DNA of 54,792 nt from positions 1 to 54,792 of the forward strand of contig JAXLTL010000015.1 of assembly GCA_046330075.1 (NCBI GenBank), given 5' to 3'. The translations under genes were made by a program, and so were the position numbers. Origin of the DNA: Bacteroidia bacterium. GTDB taxonomy: Bacteria > Bacteroidota > Bacteroidia > AKYH767-A > OLB10. Shown here one piece after another: positions 19,666 through 30,455 of this stretch. Under the pieces are notes generated by a model. It saw only the letters and a program-made list of their open reading frames with translations, was not told the origin of the DNA and made no database searches. Numbering within the stretch: position 1 is the first letter of the stretch; every line of letters starts with the position of its first letter.

Positions 19666-21207
19666 ATGAAAATCATTTACACCTTTCTTCTCCTGCTGCT
19701 GGTATCTTCCGGTCTGCAGGCACAGATCTTCCCTCCTGCGAACTGTTTCAATAATGACTATCAGCTGGAACTGAGTGTCAGTGGTAATCAATCCACCTGC
19801 AACGATTCCTTTTTCCTTTCGACCAGTTATACCGGAAGTCCGCTGATTTATTGGACAGACGGTTACATCGGCGACAGCAGATGGATTACCTACCCCGGAG
19901 TATTTCAAGCCTTCGCTTTTGATAGTTTGGGTTGTGCCGATACAACGGAACAGATCTACGTTGATGTAAACATAAGTGTCGCCTATGCTGCTTCCGCCTC
20001 TTTTCAGTACAGTTTCTGTGATGGAGATTCCTTACAGCTGTACGGATCGGCCAATGGTATTCCGCAATGGAATAACGGACAAACCGGAAGCACAGTATAT
20101 GCAACTGAAACCGGCACCTATTTCTTCACTGCAACGGATCCCAACGGATGTAGTGTAACTTCCAACAGCATACAGGTAACGGAAATTGCGCGTCCGCAGG
20201 TTACACTCTCTGTTTCGGGAGATACGTCAATCTGCTTTGGAAACTCCATCACCCTTGGTGCCACCTCACCCACTGCTATCTACTGGCTTGGAGGATGGGC
20301 CTCCGGCAGCTCCTTTACTGCGAATTACGCTGGCGATTTCTATGCATACAGCTATGACCAGACCGGACAATGCATCGGTTATTCTGACACGCTTACACTG
20401 ACTATACTCGAACCCTATCTGGATAATCTCTGTTATGTATCGGTAGATTCGGCCAGCGGGAAAAATCAACTCAACTGGTTCAACACTCCGGCTCAACGAA
20501 CGGTATCGTATAATTTATACAGAGAATCAAATGTATTTGGAAGTTATACCTTGATGGCCAATGTTCCTTTCGGAACTACTTCATATATTGACATGAGCAG
20601 TATTCCGGAGCAACAACCCTATCGTTATTATATTGCAGCCATCGATTCCTGTGGCAATGAAAATATCAATGCACCTTCCTATATCCATGGCACCATTCAT
20701 CTTACCTCCAGTCTGGGTGTAAACGGACAGAACAATCTCTCCTGGACTCCCTACTTCGGAAATTTTCAGGTGCTGACTTATGATATTTACCGCAGCAACA
20801 ACTTCGGACCTTATACGCAGATCGCAAGTATATCAGCTTCCTTCAGTTCATTCAGCGATCTGGCTCCGCCTGCAGGCAACAACAGATACTTTGTGGGGAT
20901 CCAGTATCCTTCGTGTGGCACCATCCCCGGAAGCCTGGCCCGTTCAAACGTCGTATCGAATCAGGCAACCACAGGAATCGGAGAACTTGCAAATACATCC
21001 ATCTCAATAGTGGGAAATCCATCAGATGGAATCTTTACAATCCAAGGTCTTCCTTCCGGTCAACTCCTCCGTATCTTCAATATGCAGGGGCAGCTTGTTT
21101 ATCAGTCGGTGATTACAGAAAAAGCACAGCTCCTTGACATCCGGTCACTTGACCGGGGAATTTACCTCCTACAGGCCGGGACAGCCACAAGAAAAATACT
21201 GCGCTAA
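19666..21207 (+). CDS. T9SS-secreted protein of unknown function (Cys-containing Ig/FN3-like repeats, CTD)
   Basis: Signal peptide MKIIYTFLLLLLVSSGLQAQ. C-terminus ...GIFTIQGLPSGQLLRIFNMQGQLVYQ...GIYLLQAGTATRKILR is a CTD. Confidence 0.8.
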   Translation: MKIIYTFLLLLLVSSGLQAQIFPPANCFNNDYQLELSVSGNQSTCNDSFFLSTSYTGSPLIYWTDGYIGDSRWITYPGVFQAFAFDSLGCADTTEQIYVDVNISVAYAASASFQYSFCDGDSLQLYGSANGIPQWNNGQTGSTVYATETGTYFFTATDPNGCSVTSNSIQVTEIARPQVTLSVSGDTSICFGNSITLGATSPTAIYWLGGWASGSSFTANYAGDFYAYSYDQTGQCIGYSDTLTLTILEPYLDNLCYVSVDSASGKNQLNWFNTPAQRTVSYNLYRESNVFGSYTLMANVPFGTTSYIDMSSIPEQQPYRYYIAAIDSCGNENINAPSYIHGTIHLTSSLGVNGQNNLSWTPYFGNFQVLTYDIYRSNNFGPYTQIASISASFSSFSDLAPPAGNNRYFVGIQYPSCGTIPGSLARSNVVSNQATTGIGELANTSISIVGNPSDGIFTIQGLPSGQLLRIFNMQGQLVYQSVITEKAQLLDIRSLDRGIYLLQAGTATRKILR

Positions 21208-21378
21208 ACCAGACCAAATACCTCAGCAACAGCCGCATGCCTCCAGCCTGCGGCTGTTGCCTCTGTTACGGGACGGTAAAACACACCGGCGCGTTGCATC
21301 TCCTGTAATTTAGTACATTTTGTTTGCAGGAGAAAACGGACATCGCTACTTTTACATGACCCAAAAACAACCAAAACC

Positions 21379-23172
21379 ATGAAAGTAAAATTACTCTTTA
21401 CAGCACTGATCCTGACAGCAGGTTTGGCTCAGGCACAGTATGGTCACCGAACGTATTACAAGGACACCTTGTCGTCCGAGTGGTTCAATGACGGCATGAT
21501 TACTGATCAGCTTTTAGTAAGCGGACAACCTGTTTATATCGGCGTAGGAAGAATCCAATCTCCCGGCACCGGAACGGCAGGTATAGAACGTTCAAGATTT
21601 GTTCGGACAAAATTTGACGGCACCGTACAGTACAATCGCCGTTTGAATATTTTCCGCAATGGAGTTGAGTTAAGCAGCAGATTGAACGGCGTAGCGGAAG
21701 CCAACAGTGCTTTTGTGATGGCGGGAACTGTATCCGGGGCACATCTGAACCCAAATCCGATCACAGGTGGCTCTGATGTATTGCTCATGAAAACAACTGC
21801 TGTTGGTGTTCCTTCCAATACCTGGAGAGTTGATTTAGGTGGAGCAGACGAAGCAAAAGTCACGCTGCGTTCCACACGAACCTCTTCAAATTATTTCACA
21901 GCAGGAAGCTCGACTGTTCCGGGTGCAGCAGGAAATGCCTTCATCATGCGTCATACAGCAACCGGCACCATTGCATGGCTTAAGAAATTTACCATTCCCT
22001 GCAACGGAGGACTTGCAAACACAGAAATTACTGGTATTGCACAGGATTCGGCAAGTGGCAACGTGGTAGTTGTTGGAAACTACACCAGCATTGGTGGTAA
22101 TTGCGGTGGTGCGTTCATCGCCCGCTTTACCAATGGCGGTGCGCTAAGCTGGCTGTACACTTATAATCCTGTTTCGTATTCAGGGCTTTCATTCCAGAGT
22201 ATCCGTCCAACCGCTACACCCAAAGTTTATGTCATTGCAGCGTATGCCATCTCTGCAGGTGCGGGTGGATATCGTCCTATCCTGATCAAGGTGACCACAT
22301 CAGGTACTGCACCGGTCATCAATTTCGCGATGATGTACATTACACCGAATCCAACGCCTAACTTCCCGATCAGCTATCAGAAACCCTGGGATGTAGTAAG
22401 CAGAATCAACACTGCAGGTGCTGAAGAGTTTTTCCTTGGCGGGGAAACCGGTTACACCACCGGACTTACCGATGGAAACATCATCAAGACCAATGCCGGA
22501 GGAGCTTCTATCAGTTGCCGCTTCTATTTCGGAGGTGGAAATCAGGCCATCTATGCTCTTGATAAAGTAAGCAATCTCGGCACTCCTGGTGATGGTATTG
22601 CAGCTTTCGGCAGATGGGATCAGTATAACAACACAGGATTGGCGATTGGCACACGCAGCTGGCTGATCAGAAGTTATTTTAATCTGGTGTCCGGATGTTA
22701 CGATATTGCATCCACACCAACAGGTACGAGTGTAACACTGCAGGGCACTGCTGTTTCTGTGGCGCTTTCGTCTACGTATAATGCAGACAGTCTGCAGACA
22801 CAAAACAGCGGACTCTTAAACGCGACACTTTGCTGGAACACATCACTCTCTTCCGGATCCAACGTCCGCTTAACAGAAGAAGGTGAAGATGAAGCTGCGT
22901 TAACCAACGAAGTGATGGATGTGTTGGTTTATCCGAATCCGGTTTCAGGTGAAACTCCTGCAACGATGCAGGTTTCCGTTTCCAGAGCGTGTGCTTCAGA
23001 GCTTACGATCGTAGATATTACAGGTCGTGTGATCGAGCGCCGTCAACAGGATCTGCTGGAGGGAATGAATGAAATTAAAATCCCTGCCGATACCTGGCAA
23101 ACAGGCATGTATCTGATTCAGCTAAAAACAGAAGATGGACAATCATCCGTCACCCGGTTGATGGTTCGCTAG
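21379..23172 (+). CDS. T9SS-secreted protein of unknown function
   Basis: Signal peptide MKVKLLFTALILTAGLAQAQ. CTD LVYPNPVSGE...GMYLIQLKTEDGQSSVTRLMVR. A hairpin terminator follows at ~23188..23222. Confidence 0.8.
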   Translation: MKVKLLFTALILTAGLAQAQYGHRTYYKDTLSSEWFNDGMITDQLLVSGQPVYIGVGRIQSPGTGTAGIERSRFVRTKFDGTVQYNRRLNIFRNGVELSSRLNGVAEANSAFVMAGTVSGAHLNPNPITGGSDVLLMKTTAVGVPSNTWRVDLGGADEAKVTLRSTRTSSNYFTAGSSTVPGAAGNAFIMRHTATGTIAWLKKFTIPCNGGLANTEITGIAQDSASGNVVVVGNYTSIGGNCGGAFIARFTNGGALSWLYTYNPVSYSGLSFQSIRPTATPKVYVIAAYAISAGAGGYRPILIKVTTSGTAPVINFAMMYITPNPTPNFPISYQKPWDVVSRINTAGAEEFFLGGETGYTTGLTDGNIIKTNAGGASISCRFYFGGGNQAIYALDKVSNLGTPGDGIAAFGRWDQYNNTGLAIGTRSWLIRSYFNLVSGCYDIASTPTGTSVTLQGTAVSVALSSTYNADSLQTQNSGLLNATLCWNTSLSSGSNVRLTEEGEDEAALTNEVMDVLVYPNPVSGETPATMQVSVSRACASELTIVDITGRVIERRQQDLLEGMNEIKIPADTWQTGMYLIQLKTEDGQSSVTRLMVR

Positions 23173-23218
23173 AAACAACCTGAATAGAAGAAAGGCTGTC
23201 CGGAAAGGCAGCCTTTTT

Positions 23219-24499
23219 TTATGGGTGCAAGGCGATATAAGTGAGAGCGCCGCCGATGTATCCGATCAGAGCATACAGCGAAATTCGCTTCAGGTACCAG
23301 CCAAAAGAAATTTTTTCCATTCCCATGGCCGCTACTCCTGCTGCAGAACCGATGATGAGAATACTTCCGCCGGTGCCTGCACAATACGCCATAAACTCCC
23401 AGAGAAAATCATCCATCGGATAGGTGGTAAGATCGTACATTCCCATACTTGCAGCCACCAGCGGCACGTTATCTACAATTGCTGAAAGCACACCAATGCC
23501 CATCACAATAACATGCAGGTTTCCGATGGAATCGTTCATCCATTGAGCGAGATGAGAAAGCAGGTGTGTACTTTCAAGGGCAGCAATGGCAATGAGAATG
23601 CCCAGGAAAAACAATACACTGGGTGTATCAATACGCTGTAATGCACGGCTCACCGAAAAATATTCCTTTTGCTGATCCTCTTTTTGCCGGTGGATAAATT
23701 CAACTACCGCCCAAAGGGCTCCCAATCCAAACAGGATACCCATAAAAGGAGGAAGATGCGTAACAGTTTTGAAGACGGGTACAAACAACAATGCCCCGAC
23801 GCCAACAAAAAAGACGGTATTTCTTTCACGGCGTGTCATGGGTGATACCGCCTCCGAAGAATCTGTGTGGACGTCCACCGTTCCTTTCATCCGGGCTGCT
23901 GCAACAGCCAATGGGATAACCAAACAGACAACAGAAGGAACAAACACAGTTTTTATTATGTTCCAGGCAGAGATTTGTCCGCCAATCCAAAGCATGGTCG
24001 TTGTAACATCGCCAATCGGTGACCAGGCACCACCGGCATTTGCAGCAATAACAATCATACCGGCGAACATCATCCGGTCATCCGTCTCCTTGAGTAATTT
24101 TCTCGTTAAGGACACCATCACAATGGTCGTAGTGAGGTTATCGAGTACAGCAGACAGGAAAAAAGAAAGGATGGAAATGATCAGCAGCAATTTCGATTTT
24201 TCACGGGTACGGATAGCCGAAGTAATGATGGAGAAGCCATCGTGGGCATCAATCAGTTCAACGATGGTCATAGCGGCCATCAGGAAGAACAGGATGCCGG
24301 CCGCGTTGCTGAGGTGGTGTTCGAGTGCCGAAGTCACCTCTTCCGGAGATCCGGGCGTCATGAGTATCCAAACCGTCCACACCAATACACCGGTCAGCAA
24401 TGCTGACGCCGACTTATTGATTTTCAGCGGGTGTTCAAGGGTGATGAACAGGTACCCCACTACAAATATGCCGATCAGAAGGGACTCCATACCCTGCAA
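23219..24499 (-). CDS. ArsB/NhaD-superfamily ion transporter (NhaD-like Na+/H+ antiporter candidate)
   Basis: 426-aa polytopic membrane protein (~11 TM). Sequence pattern is typical of the NhaD/ArsB permease fold. Substrate not determinable. Confidence 0.6.
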   Translation of the reverse strand: MQGMESLLIGIFVVGYLFITLEHPLKINKSASALLTGVLVWTVWILMTPGSPEEVTSALEHHLSNAAGILFFLMAAMTIVELIDAHDGFSIITSAIRTREKSKLLLIISILSFFLSAVLDNLTTTIVMVSLTRKLLKETDDRMMFAGMIVIAANAGGAWSPIGDVTTTMLWIGGQISAWNIIKTVFVPSVVCLVIPLAVAAARMKGTVDVHTDSSEAVSPMTRRERNTVFFVGVGALLFVPVFKTVTHLPPFMGILFGLGALWAVVEFIHRQKEDQQKEYFSVSRALQRIDTPSVLFFLGILIAIAALESTHLLSHLAQWMNDSIGNLHVIVMGIGVLSAIVDNVPLVAASMGMYDLTTYPMDDFLWEFMAYCAGTGGSILIIGSAAGVAAMGMEKISFGWYLKRISLYALIGYIGGALTYIALHP

Positions 24500-24592
24500 A
24501 TTAAGGTGAAAACCGCGTTTGCCCCCCCTTTAATCACCGATTTTTTTGATTCAGGTATAAATTGTAGGTTTGTTGTTCAACCCAAACCAGAT

Positions 24593-26059
24593 ATGTCGAA
24601 TAAGATCTTTACTACAAAGTCGATAGAACGGCTGATGAAGGAATCATCCGGAGAGCACGATGGAGAACACTCGCTGAAACGTACGCTTGGCAAAACCAAT
24701 CTGGTGATGCTGGGTATCGGAGCTATCATCGGTGCCGGAATATTTGTATTGACAGGGGCTGCTGCTTCACAACATGCAGGACCTGCTGTGGTCATTTCTT
24801 TCATCGTAGCCGGCGTTGCCTGTGCTTTTGCCGGACTTTGTTATTCTGAATTCTCCTCCATGATTCCCATTGCGGGCTCTGCATACACCTATGCCTATGC
24901 TACACTTGGCGAATTCATTGCCTGGATTATTGGCTGGGATTTGATTCTTGAATACCTCTTTGGTGCAAGTACTGTTGCAGTAGGATGGTCGGGGTATGTT
25001 GTGAGTTTCCTGAAAGACATGGGTATCCATATACCCGAAAGTTTGTCGAGTGCGCCAATAGCCTACGATGCGGCCAACCATGTGTACACTGCCACCGGAG
25101 CCTTTCTCAATGTTCCGGCTATGTTTGTGGTGGCCATTATGACCTGGCTGCTTGTTATCGGCATTCGCGAATCAGCCAACTTCAACAATGTGATCGTTTT
25201 CATTAAAGTAACCGTCATCACGCTGTTTATCATCCTTGGCTGGAGATATATCAATGCCGACAACTGGCATCCGTTCATTCCCGAAAACACAGGCACCTTT
25301 GGTGAGTTCGGCTGGAGCGGAATCATCCGTGCTGCCGGAATTATCTTCTTTGCATACATCGGATTTGATGCCGTCTCTACTGCAGCGCAGGAAGCAAAGA
25401 ATCCGCAGAAAGACATGCCCTGGGGAATTTTGGGTTCACTTGTGATCTGCACAATCATCTACATTCTTGTTGGATTGGTAATGACCGGTATTGTTCCTTA
25501 TCTGAAACTGAACGACCCTGCACCGATAGCCGTTGCTATCAATGCCACCGGCGAAGGCTTGAATTGGTTACGACCATTTATCAAAATCGGCGCAATAGCA
25601 GGATTAAGTTCTGTTATTCTGGTGATGCTGATGGGGCAACCCCGCATTTTTTATTCGATGTCAAAGGACGGACTGCTGCCTGCATCTTTCAGCAAAGTAC
25701 ATCCGAAATACAAAACGCCACATATCACCACCATTATCACCGGAAGTGTAGCTGCTGTTGTGGCCGGCCTCTTCCCCATTGGACTGTTAGGTGAACTTGT
25801 TTCCATCGGAACCCTGCTCGCATTTGTTATCGTTTGTGGAGGCGTATTAGTACTCCGTATCAAACAACCGAATCTTAACCGTCCCTTCAAAACACCACTA
25901 TTCCCGATTACACCCATACTCGGTATTGCATCCTCCCTGTTTCTGATGTATTTCCTTCCGCTCGACACCTGGATTCGCCTGGTGGTTTGGATGGCCTTAG
26001 GCATACTGATATACTTCGGATACAGCAGCAGAAACAGTAATGTGAGCAATCCGCGATGA
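24593..26059 (+). CDS. APC-superfamily amino acid permease (cationic-amino-acid-transporter-like)
   Basis: The start was chosen at MSNKIFTTK (the ORF is open from 24431 but that would overlap the convergent upstream gene). Motif TLGKTNLVMLGIGAIIGAGIFVLTG. 12 TM segments. Confidence 0.85.
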   Translation: MSNKIFTTKSIERLMKESSGEHDGEHSLKRTLGKTNLVMLGIGAIIGAGIFVLTGAAASQHAGPAVVISFIVAGVACAFAGLCYSEFSSMIPIAGSAYTYAYATLGEFIAWIIGWDLILEYLFGASTVAVGWSGYVVSFLKDMGIHIPESLSSAPIAYDAANHVYTATGAFLNVPAMFVVAIMTWLLVIGIRESANFNNVIVFIKVTVITLFIILGWRYINADNWHPFIPENTGTFGEFGWSGIIRAAGIIFFAYIGFDAVSTAAQEAKNPQKDMPWGILGSLVICTIIYILVGLVMTGIVPYLKLNDPAPIAVAINATGEGLNWLRPFIKIGAIAGLSSVILVMLMGQPRIFYSMSKDGLLPASFSKVHPKYKTPHITTIITGSVAAVVAGLFPIGLLGELVSIGTLLAFVIVCGGVLVLRIKQPNLNRPFKTPLFPITPILGIASSLFLMYFLPLDTWIRLVVWMALGILIYFGYSSRNSNVSNPR

Positions 26060-27519
26060 AGAAATCCAACGAACCCGCGGAGCAGGAAGAACATTTTAAC
26101 CGCGCGCTCGGATTTTGGGATGCTACCATGCTGGTAGCAGGCTCCATGATCGGCTCCGGTATTTTTATCGTGAGCTCCGACATGAGCAGGACTGTTGGCG
26201 GCACCGGATGGTTGTTGCTGTTGTGGATCCTGAGTGGAGTGATCACTGTAATGGCGGCTCTCAGCTACGGAGAGCTTTCCGGCATGATGCCGAAAGCTGG
26301 CGGACAATTCGTTTACATTGAACGTGCCTGGGGTAAGGTCACCTCGTTTCTGTACGGCTGGACCGTATTCACGGTAATTCAAACAGGAGTCATCGCAGCA
26401 GTAGCTGTTGCGTTTGCCAAGTACACCGGGGTCTTCTTTCCCGGAATTTCGGCTAGTCATTACGTTATATCACTGGGTACATTTCAGATTTCATCAGCTC
26501 AGCTCCTGGCCATCGCCTGTATCTTCTTCCTTACGTGGATCAACAGCCGCGGCATCAAAAACGGGAAGTGGATACAAACCATCTTCACCACGGCAAAACT
26601 GCTGGCGCTGTTGTTTCTGATAACGGCTGGCATTTACATTTCTTCCAATTACGACTGGTATCAGCTCAACTTCACCGACATCTGGAAAGCGCAGATGTGG
26701 ACAAAAGCGAATGACAGCTGGACCTTGTCCGATCTCAGCGGGATTGGACTGGTACTCGCCCTGGGTACTGCCATCATCGGCTCTCTCTTCTCCAGCGATG
26801 CCTGGAACAATGTAACATTCATTGCCGGTGAAATCAGAAACCCTCAACGCAATATACCATTAAGTCTTGTTACCGGTACAGCCATCGTTACCGTTCTCTA
26901 TCTGCTGACCAACATCGCATACCTTGGATTACTACCGGTACACGGCGATCCGCATGCAACGGATGTGATCGGACAAGGTATTCAGTTTGCCGACAATGAC
27001 CGTGTAGGGACTGCTGCCGCATCGCGCATCTTCGGAGAGAACGCAGCTTATCTGATGGCCTTGCTCATCATGGTATCGACCTTCGGCTGCAACAACGGAA
27101 TTATTCTGGCAGGTGCGAGAGTGTATTATGCCATGGCCAAGGATGGACTCTTCTTTAAGAAAGCGGCTACACTTAACCGTTATGAGGTTCCTGAGTATGC
27201 ATTATGGATTCAGGCGATCTGGGCAAGTTTACTTTGCCTCAGCGGCACCTATGGAGATCTGTTGGATTATACCACCTTTGCCAGTCTGCTCTTCTACATT
27301 GTAACCATCGCCGGCATCTTCGTTTTGCGCAAACGTGAACCGGATGCGCCGCGACCATACCGTGTGGTGGCATATCCGTTGCTTCCCATTCTGTACATCC
27401 TGCTGGCCGCAGCTGTTTGCCTCATCCTGCTTTACACCAAACCACAGAACACCTGGAGTGGATTGTTTATTGTAGCGTTAGGTTGGCCGGTGTATTATTT
27501 CTTTATCCGGAAGAAATAA
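26056..27519 (+). CDS. APC-superfamily amino acid/polyamine permease
   Basis: ATGA start/stop overlap with the upstream permease gene. Motifs GSMIGSGIFIVSS and SYGELSGMMPKAGGQFVY. 12 TM segments. An imperfect bidirectional hairpin terminator lies at ~27585..27618. Confidence 0.85.
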   Translation: MKKSNEPAEQEEHFNRALGFWDATMLVAGSMIGSGIFIVSSDMSRTVGGTGWLLLLWILSGVITVMAALSYGELSGMMPKAGGQFVYIERAWGKVTSFLYGWTVFTVIQTGVIAAVAVAFAKYTGVFFPGISASHYVISLGTFQISSAQLLAIACIFFLTWINSRGIKNGKWIQTIFTTAKLLALLFLITAGIYISSNYDWYQLNFTDIWKAQMWTKANDSWTLSDLSGIGLVLALGTAIIGSLFSSDAWNNVTFIAGEIRNPQRNIPLSLVTGTAIVTVLYLLTNIAYLGLLPVHGDPHATDVIGQGIQFADNDRVGTAAASRIFGENAAYLMALLIMVSTFGCNNGIILAGARVYYAMAKDGLFFKKAATLNRYEVPEYALWIQAIWASLLCLSGTYGDLLDYTTFASLLFYIVTIAGIFVLRKREPDAPRPYRVVAYPLLPILYILLAAAVCLILLYTKPQNTWSGLFIVALGWPVYYFFIRKK

Positions 27520-27638
27520 TCAACTCCTGTTTTCGTAACTTCGGGTGACAACAGCATTGCCCGGGGCAATCACTAAGCGTTATGAAAAGAAAAAGGCGCC
27601 CGTAAAGCGGACGCCCTTTTACCTTAACATTATTATTT

Positions 27639-29846
27639 TCAGAATGTGAACCGCAACGTCCCGAACACATTTCTTCCGGGCGCATTGATACCGCTTGCAA
27701 ATACACGGTATTGTGTATCGAAGATATTGTCAACTCCCACCTGAAGTGCGATGAGTTTATGCAGCTGGTACGAAGCACGCATGTTCACAGTGAACCAGGC
27801 CGGCATACCTTCAGCAGTAGCATACTGGAGATTGTCTTCACCACTGCCGGAATAATCTTTCAGCTTTTTCCAGCTATTGTAGTTGACAAAGAAATCGGTG
27901 CTGAACTTTTTATGCGTATAGTTCAAACCAAGACGCGCATAGAACGGCGGAATATGATCCAACGGAACATCCACACTATCCGTTTTAACACGACCGTAGG
28001 TATAGGTCGCACTGAGCGAAAGAACAAAATCCTCGAGTAAACGGGTACGGTAAGATGAAGTGAATCCATAAATATAAGCGTGGTCCTTATTCTGACTGGC
28101 CAAGACCTGACTTAACACGCCATCATACTCAATCGAGTCCTTACCCTGATATTTAAACTCATCCGTAACAATCACATCGTAATAGCTGGTGTAAAACAAT
28201 GTGTTTTCCCAGCTCGTTTTACCATCATAGATTTTTGTGATACCCAATTCGCCGGTAACTGTTTTCTCCGGTTTGATATCCTCGTTCGGAACAATAATGG
28301 CTCCCTGTGAAGTCTCGAATACTTTAGAGAGATCGTCGATGTTAGGTACTCTGAATCCGGTGCTGAGCAAGGCGGTAAATTTCAGGTCATCATTCGCCAC
28401 ATGAATCAATCCGATGCTTCCTGAATACACGAAGTTACCCTGATTCACTTCACGGAACGGAAACTTGAAGAACGTAGTATCATTAAACGTCGATTTCAGA
28501 GTGGTATACCCCAAACGGATACCATCGGTGAGTGTCAGTGCGTCGTTGATTTTCCAGCTGTCGGTTGCATAAACCGCAACATTCATCATGCTGTTGTCTC
28601 CATCCGGGTAACGGGTATCAAGTTTATCCTTTTCGCCGGTAATGATATCTACCTGCTCCGCTGTAGAGGTAAGTGTATTGTACTGTGCATCGATTCCGAC
28701 ATTGAGTTTATAATCCTCTGAAACATGTTTGAAATCGACATTCGCTCCCATTACATTTACTTTTTCTGTACGATGCTGCAAGCCGGTGCGACCGAATCTG
28801 CGCTGGTGCCGGCTTTCTTCAATTGTCTGGTAATTCACCCCGGCATGCATCGAACTGAAGAAACCACCGCTCATTTTTGTATTGAAGTCGTAGGCAATCA
28901 ACATACGGTCGGCAGGACCATAATACCATTCTGCATATTTTAATTCTGCACCGTTCGGATCTGTCAGGCGATCATACCGTGGCACATCATTGGTGGTTGA
29001 ATACTGAATATTTAAACCATGTGTCGTATTGTCGCTTTGTCTGTAGAGGAGTTTTTCTACGATATCAATCTGCTGATAAGCGCTTTGCACCTGCAGGTAA
29101 CGATCATCGTTTTTCACCATGGAATCCACTCCACTAAACGTCTCCACATAGAAGGGACGGGTGCCATACTCACCATTGTAGAACGGATTCTGGTTGGTAC
29201 CGCCGCGGAGATCACCGAAGTCAGAGAAAGTAACCGAAGTATAGGATGCGAGCTTTTGTCCGCCGATATTAAAATCAGCATGACCTGTAAACTCATCATT
29301 CGCCGAGCCGAAACGGGTAAAAGCATTCACCTTGAGTTTCATTTTTTCGCCCGATGAAGCGAAGAGTGGTTTCATGGTGAACATATGAATCACACCGCCC
29401 AGAGCATCGCTGCCATACATGGTAGAACTCGGCCCGAACAACACCTCCACACGATCGAGGCTGTTATTGTCAACGCTGAGGATATTCTGTAAGTGTCCGC
29501 CACGATAAATCAGATTATTCATGCGTACTCCATCCACCACCAGCAGAATACGGCTGGCTTCGAAACCACGGAGTACAGGTGAACCACCGCCCATCTGGCT
29601 GCGTTGGGTAAATATTCCGGCAGTATTGGAGATCAGATCCGCGGTAGTCTGCGCTGCTGCATTGCGGATCTCCTTCGCCGTGAGCACCTGCACCTGCTGA
29701 GAAACGGTGCGACGGGTTTCCTCTGTTTTGTTGGCAGAGATAATTACTTCATTGAGAGAGTTGGTATTGGTTGTATCTTTTTGTTCCTGTGCAAATGCCG
29801 ATGAAGTACTAAGGCATATTGCTGCAAGGATTAGCTGTTTTTTCAT
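27639..29846 (-). CDS. TonB-dependent outer-membrane receptor
   Basis: 735 aa, with signal peptide and plug region (ETRRTVSQQVQVLTAKEIRN...GGSPVLRGFEASRILLVVDGVRMNN). Beta-barrel with C-terminal ...GTLRFTF aromatic terminus. Confidence 0.9.
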   Translation of the reverse strand: MKKQLILAAICLSTSSAFAQEQKDTTNTNSLNEVIISANKTEETRRTVSQQVQVLTAKEIRNAAAQTTADLISNTAGIFTQRSQMGGGSPVLRGFEASRILLVVDGVRMNNLIYRGGHLQNILSVDNNSLDRVEVLFGPSSTMYGSDALGGVIHMFTMKPLFASSGEKMKLKVNAFTRFGSANDEFTGHADFNIGGQKLASYTSVTFSDFGDLRGGTNQNPFYNGEYGTRPFYVETFSGVDSMVKNDDRYLQVQSAYQQIDIVEKLLYRQSDNTTHGLNIQYSTTNDVPRYDRLTDPNGAELKYAEWYYGPADRMLIAYDFNTKMSGGFFSSMHAGVNYQTIEESRHQRRFGRTGLQHRTEKVNVMGANVDFKHVSEDYKLNVGIDAQYNTLTSTAEQVDIITGEKDKLDTRYPDGDNSMMNVAVYATDSWKINDALTLTDGIRLGYTTLKSTFNDTTFFKFPFREVNQGNFVYSGSIGLIHVANDDLKFTALLSTGFRVPNIDDLSKVFETSQGAIIVPNEDIKPEKTVTGELGITKIYDGKTSWENTLFYTSYYDVIVTDEFKYQGKDSIEYDGVLSQVLASQNKDHAYIYGFTSSYRTRLLEDFVLSLSATYTYGRVKTDSVDVPLDHIPPFYARLGLNYTHKKFSTDFFVNYNSWKKLKDYSGSGEDNLQYATAEGMPAWFTVNMRASYQLHKLIALQVGVDNIFDTQYRVFASGINAPGRNVFGTLRFTF

Positions 29847-29924
29847 AGTGAGAATTGAATAGAATGATATATAACCGCCGTGAAATTCATCACAGCAGAA
29901 CCGGAATTGAGCAAGAAAACTGAA

Positions 29925-30443
29925 TTATGAAATAAACTCCGGAGGTGGTCCCTGAAAATCTCCGTTAAAGGAGGAAAGAGAGGGGATCCAATCATGTGAT
30001 ATGCTGTTATTCAGAATAAAAACGCCCGGCTGTATTACAGGATGCAGTGTATGCAGATAAGGTAAAAAGGACAACATCAATACACCACTCAGCAAGCGAC
30101 CTTTATCTTCACTGCCATGCCTGATAATTTTTTTCAGCGAACGCAAGAGCGTTTCCTCTTTATGGTCCCGAAGAACCTTTAGTATAACGTTCGCCTCCTC
30201 CTTCTTAACAGAAACCACATCATACATCTGCCCTTCCCACCTGATCTCGCGGGCATCCACTTTGGCAGACATGTATTCTTCAACAGATAGCACCAGCAAT
30301 TCAGATCCGGATTCGGCACGCAAGATCTCTTCACGCATTTCTTCACGAATCATTTCCTGCTGCACACTAAAAAGCAGCATCAATCCACCCGACTGAAAAA
30401 ACACCAGGATGAGGAGAAAGATGATACTATACCTTTTCAGCAT
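29925..30443 (-). CDS. Hypothetical membrane-anchored protein downstream of flotillin (possible flotillin-associated partner)
   Basis: 172-aa ORF with N-terminal TM segment IIFLLILVFFQSGGLMLLF. 12 bp after the flotillin stop, 78 bp before the TonB-receptor start. Confidence 0.5.
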   Translation of the reverse strand: MLKRYSIIFLLILVFFQSGGLMLLFSVQQEMIREEMREEILRAESGSELLVLSVEEYMSAKVDAREIRWEGQMYDVVSVKKEEANVILKVLRDHKEETLLRSLKKIIRHGSEDKGRLLSGVLMLSFLPYLHTLHPVIQPGVFILNNSISHDWIPSLSSFNGDFQGPPPEFIS

Positions 30444-30455
30444 GAAAGTTTGATA

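Noticed and set aside
24431-24592. Upstream extension of the amino acid permease ORF to 24431
   Set aside because: It would overlap the convergent ArsB/NhaD gene by 69 bp and lacks a signal or TM segment; the internal ATG at 24593 (MSNKIF...) gives a canonical permease N-terminus.
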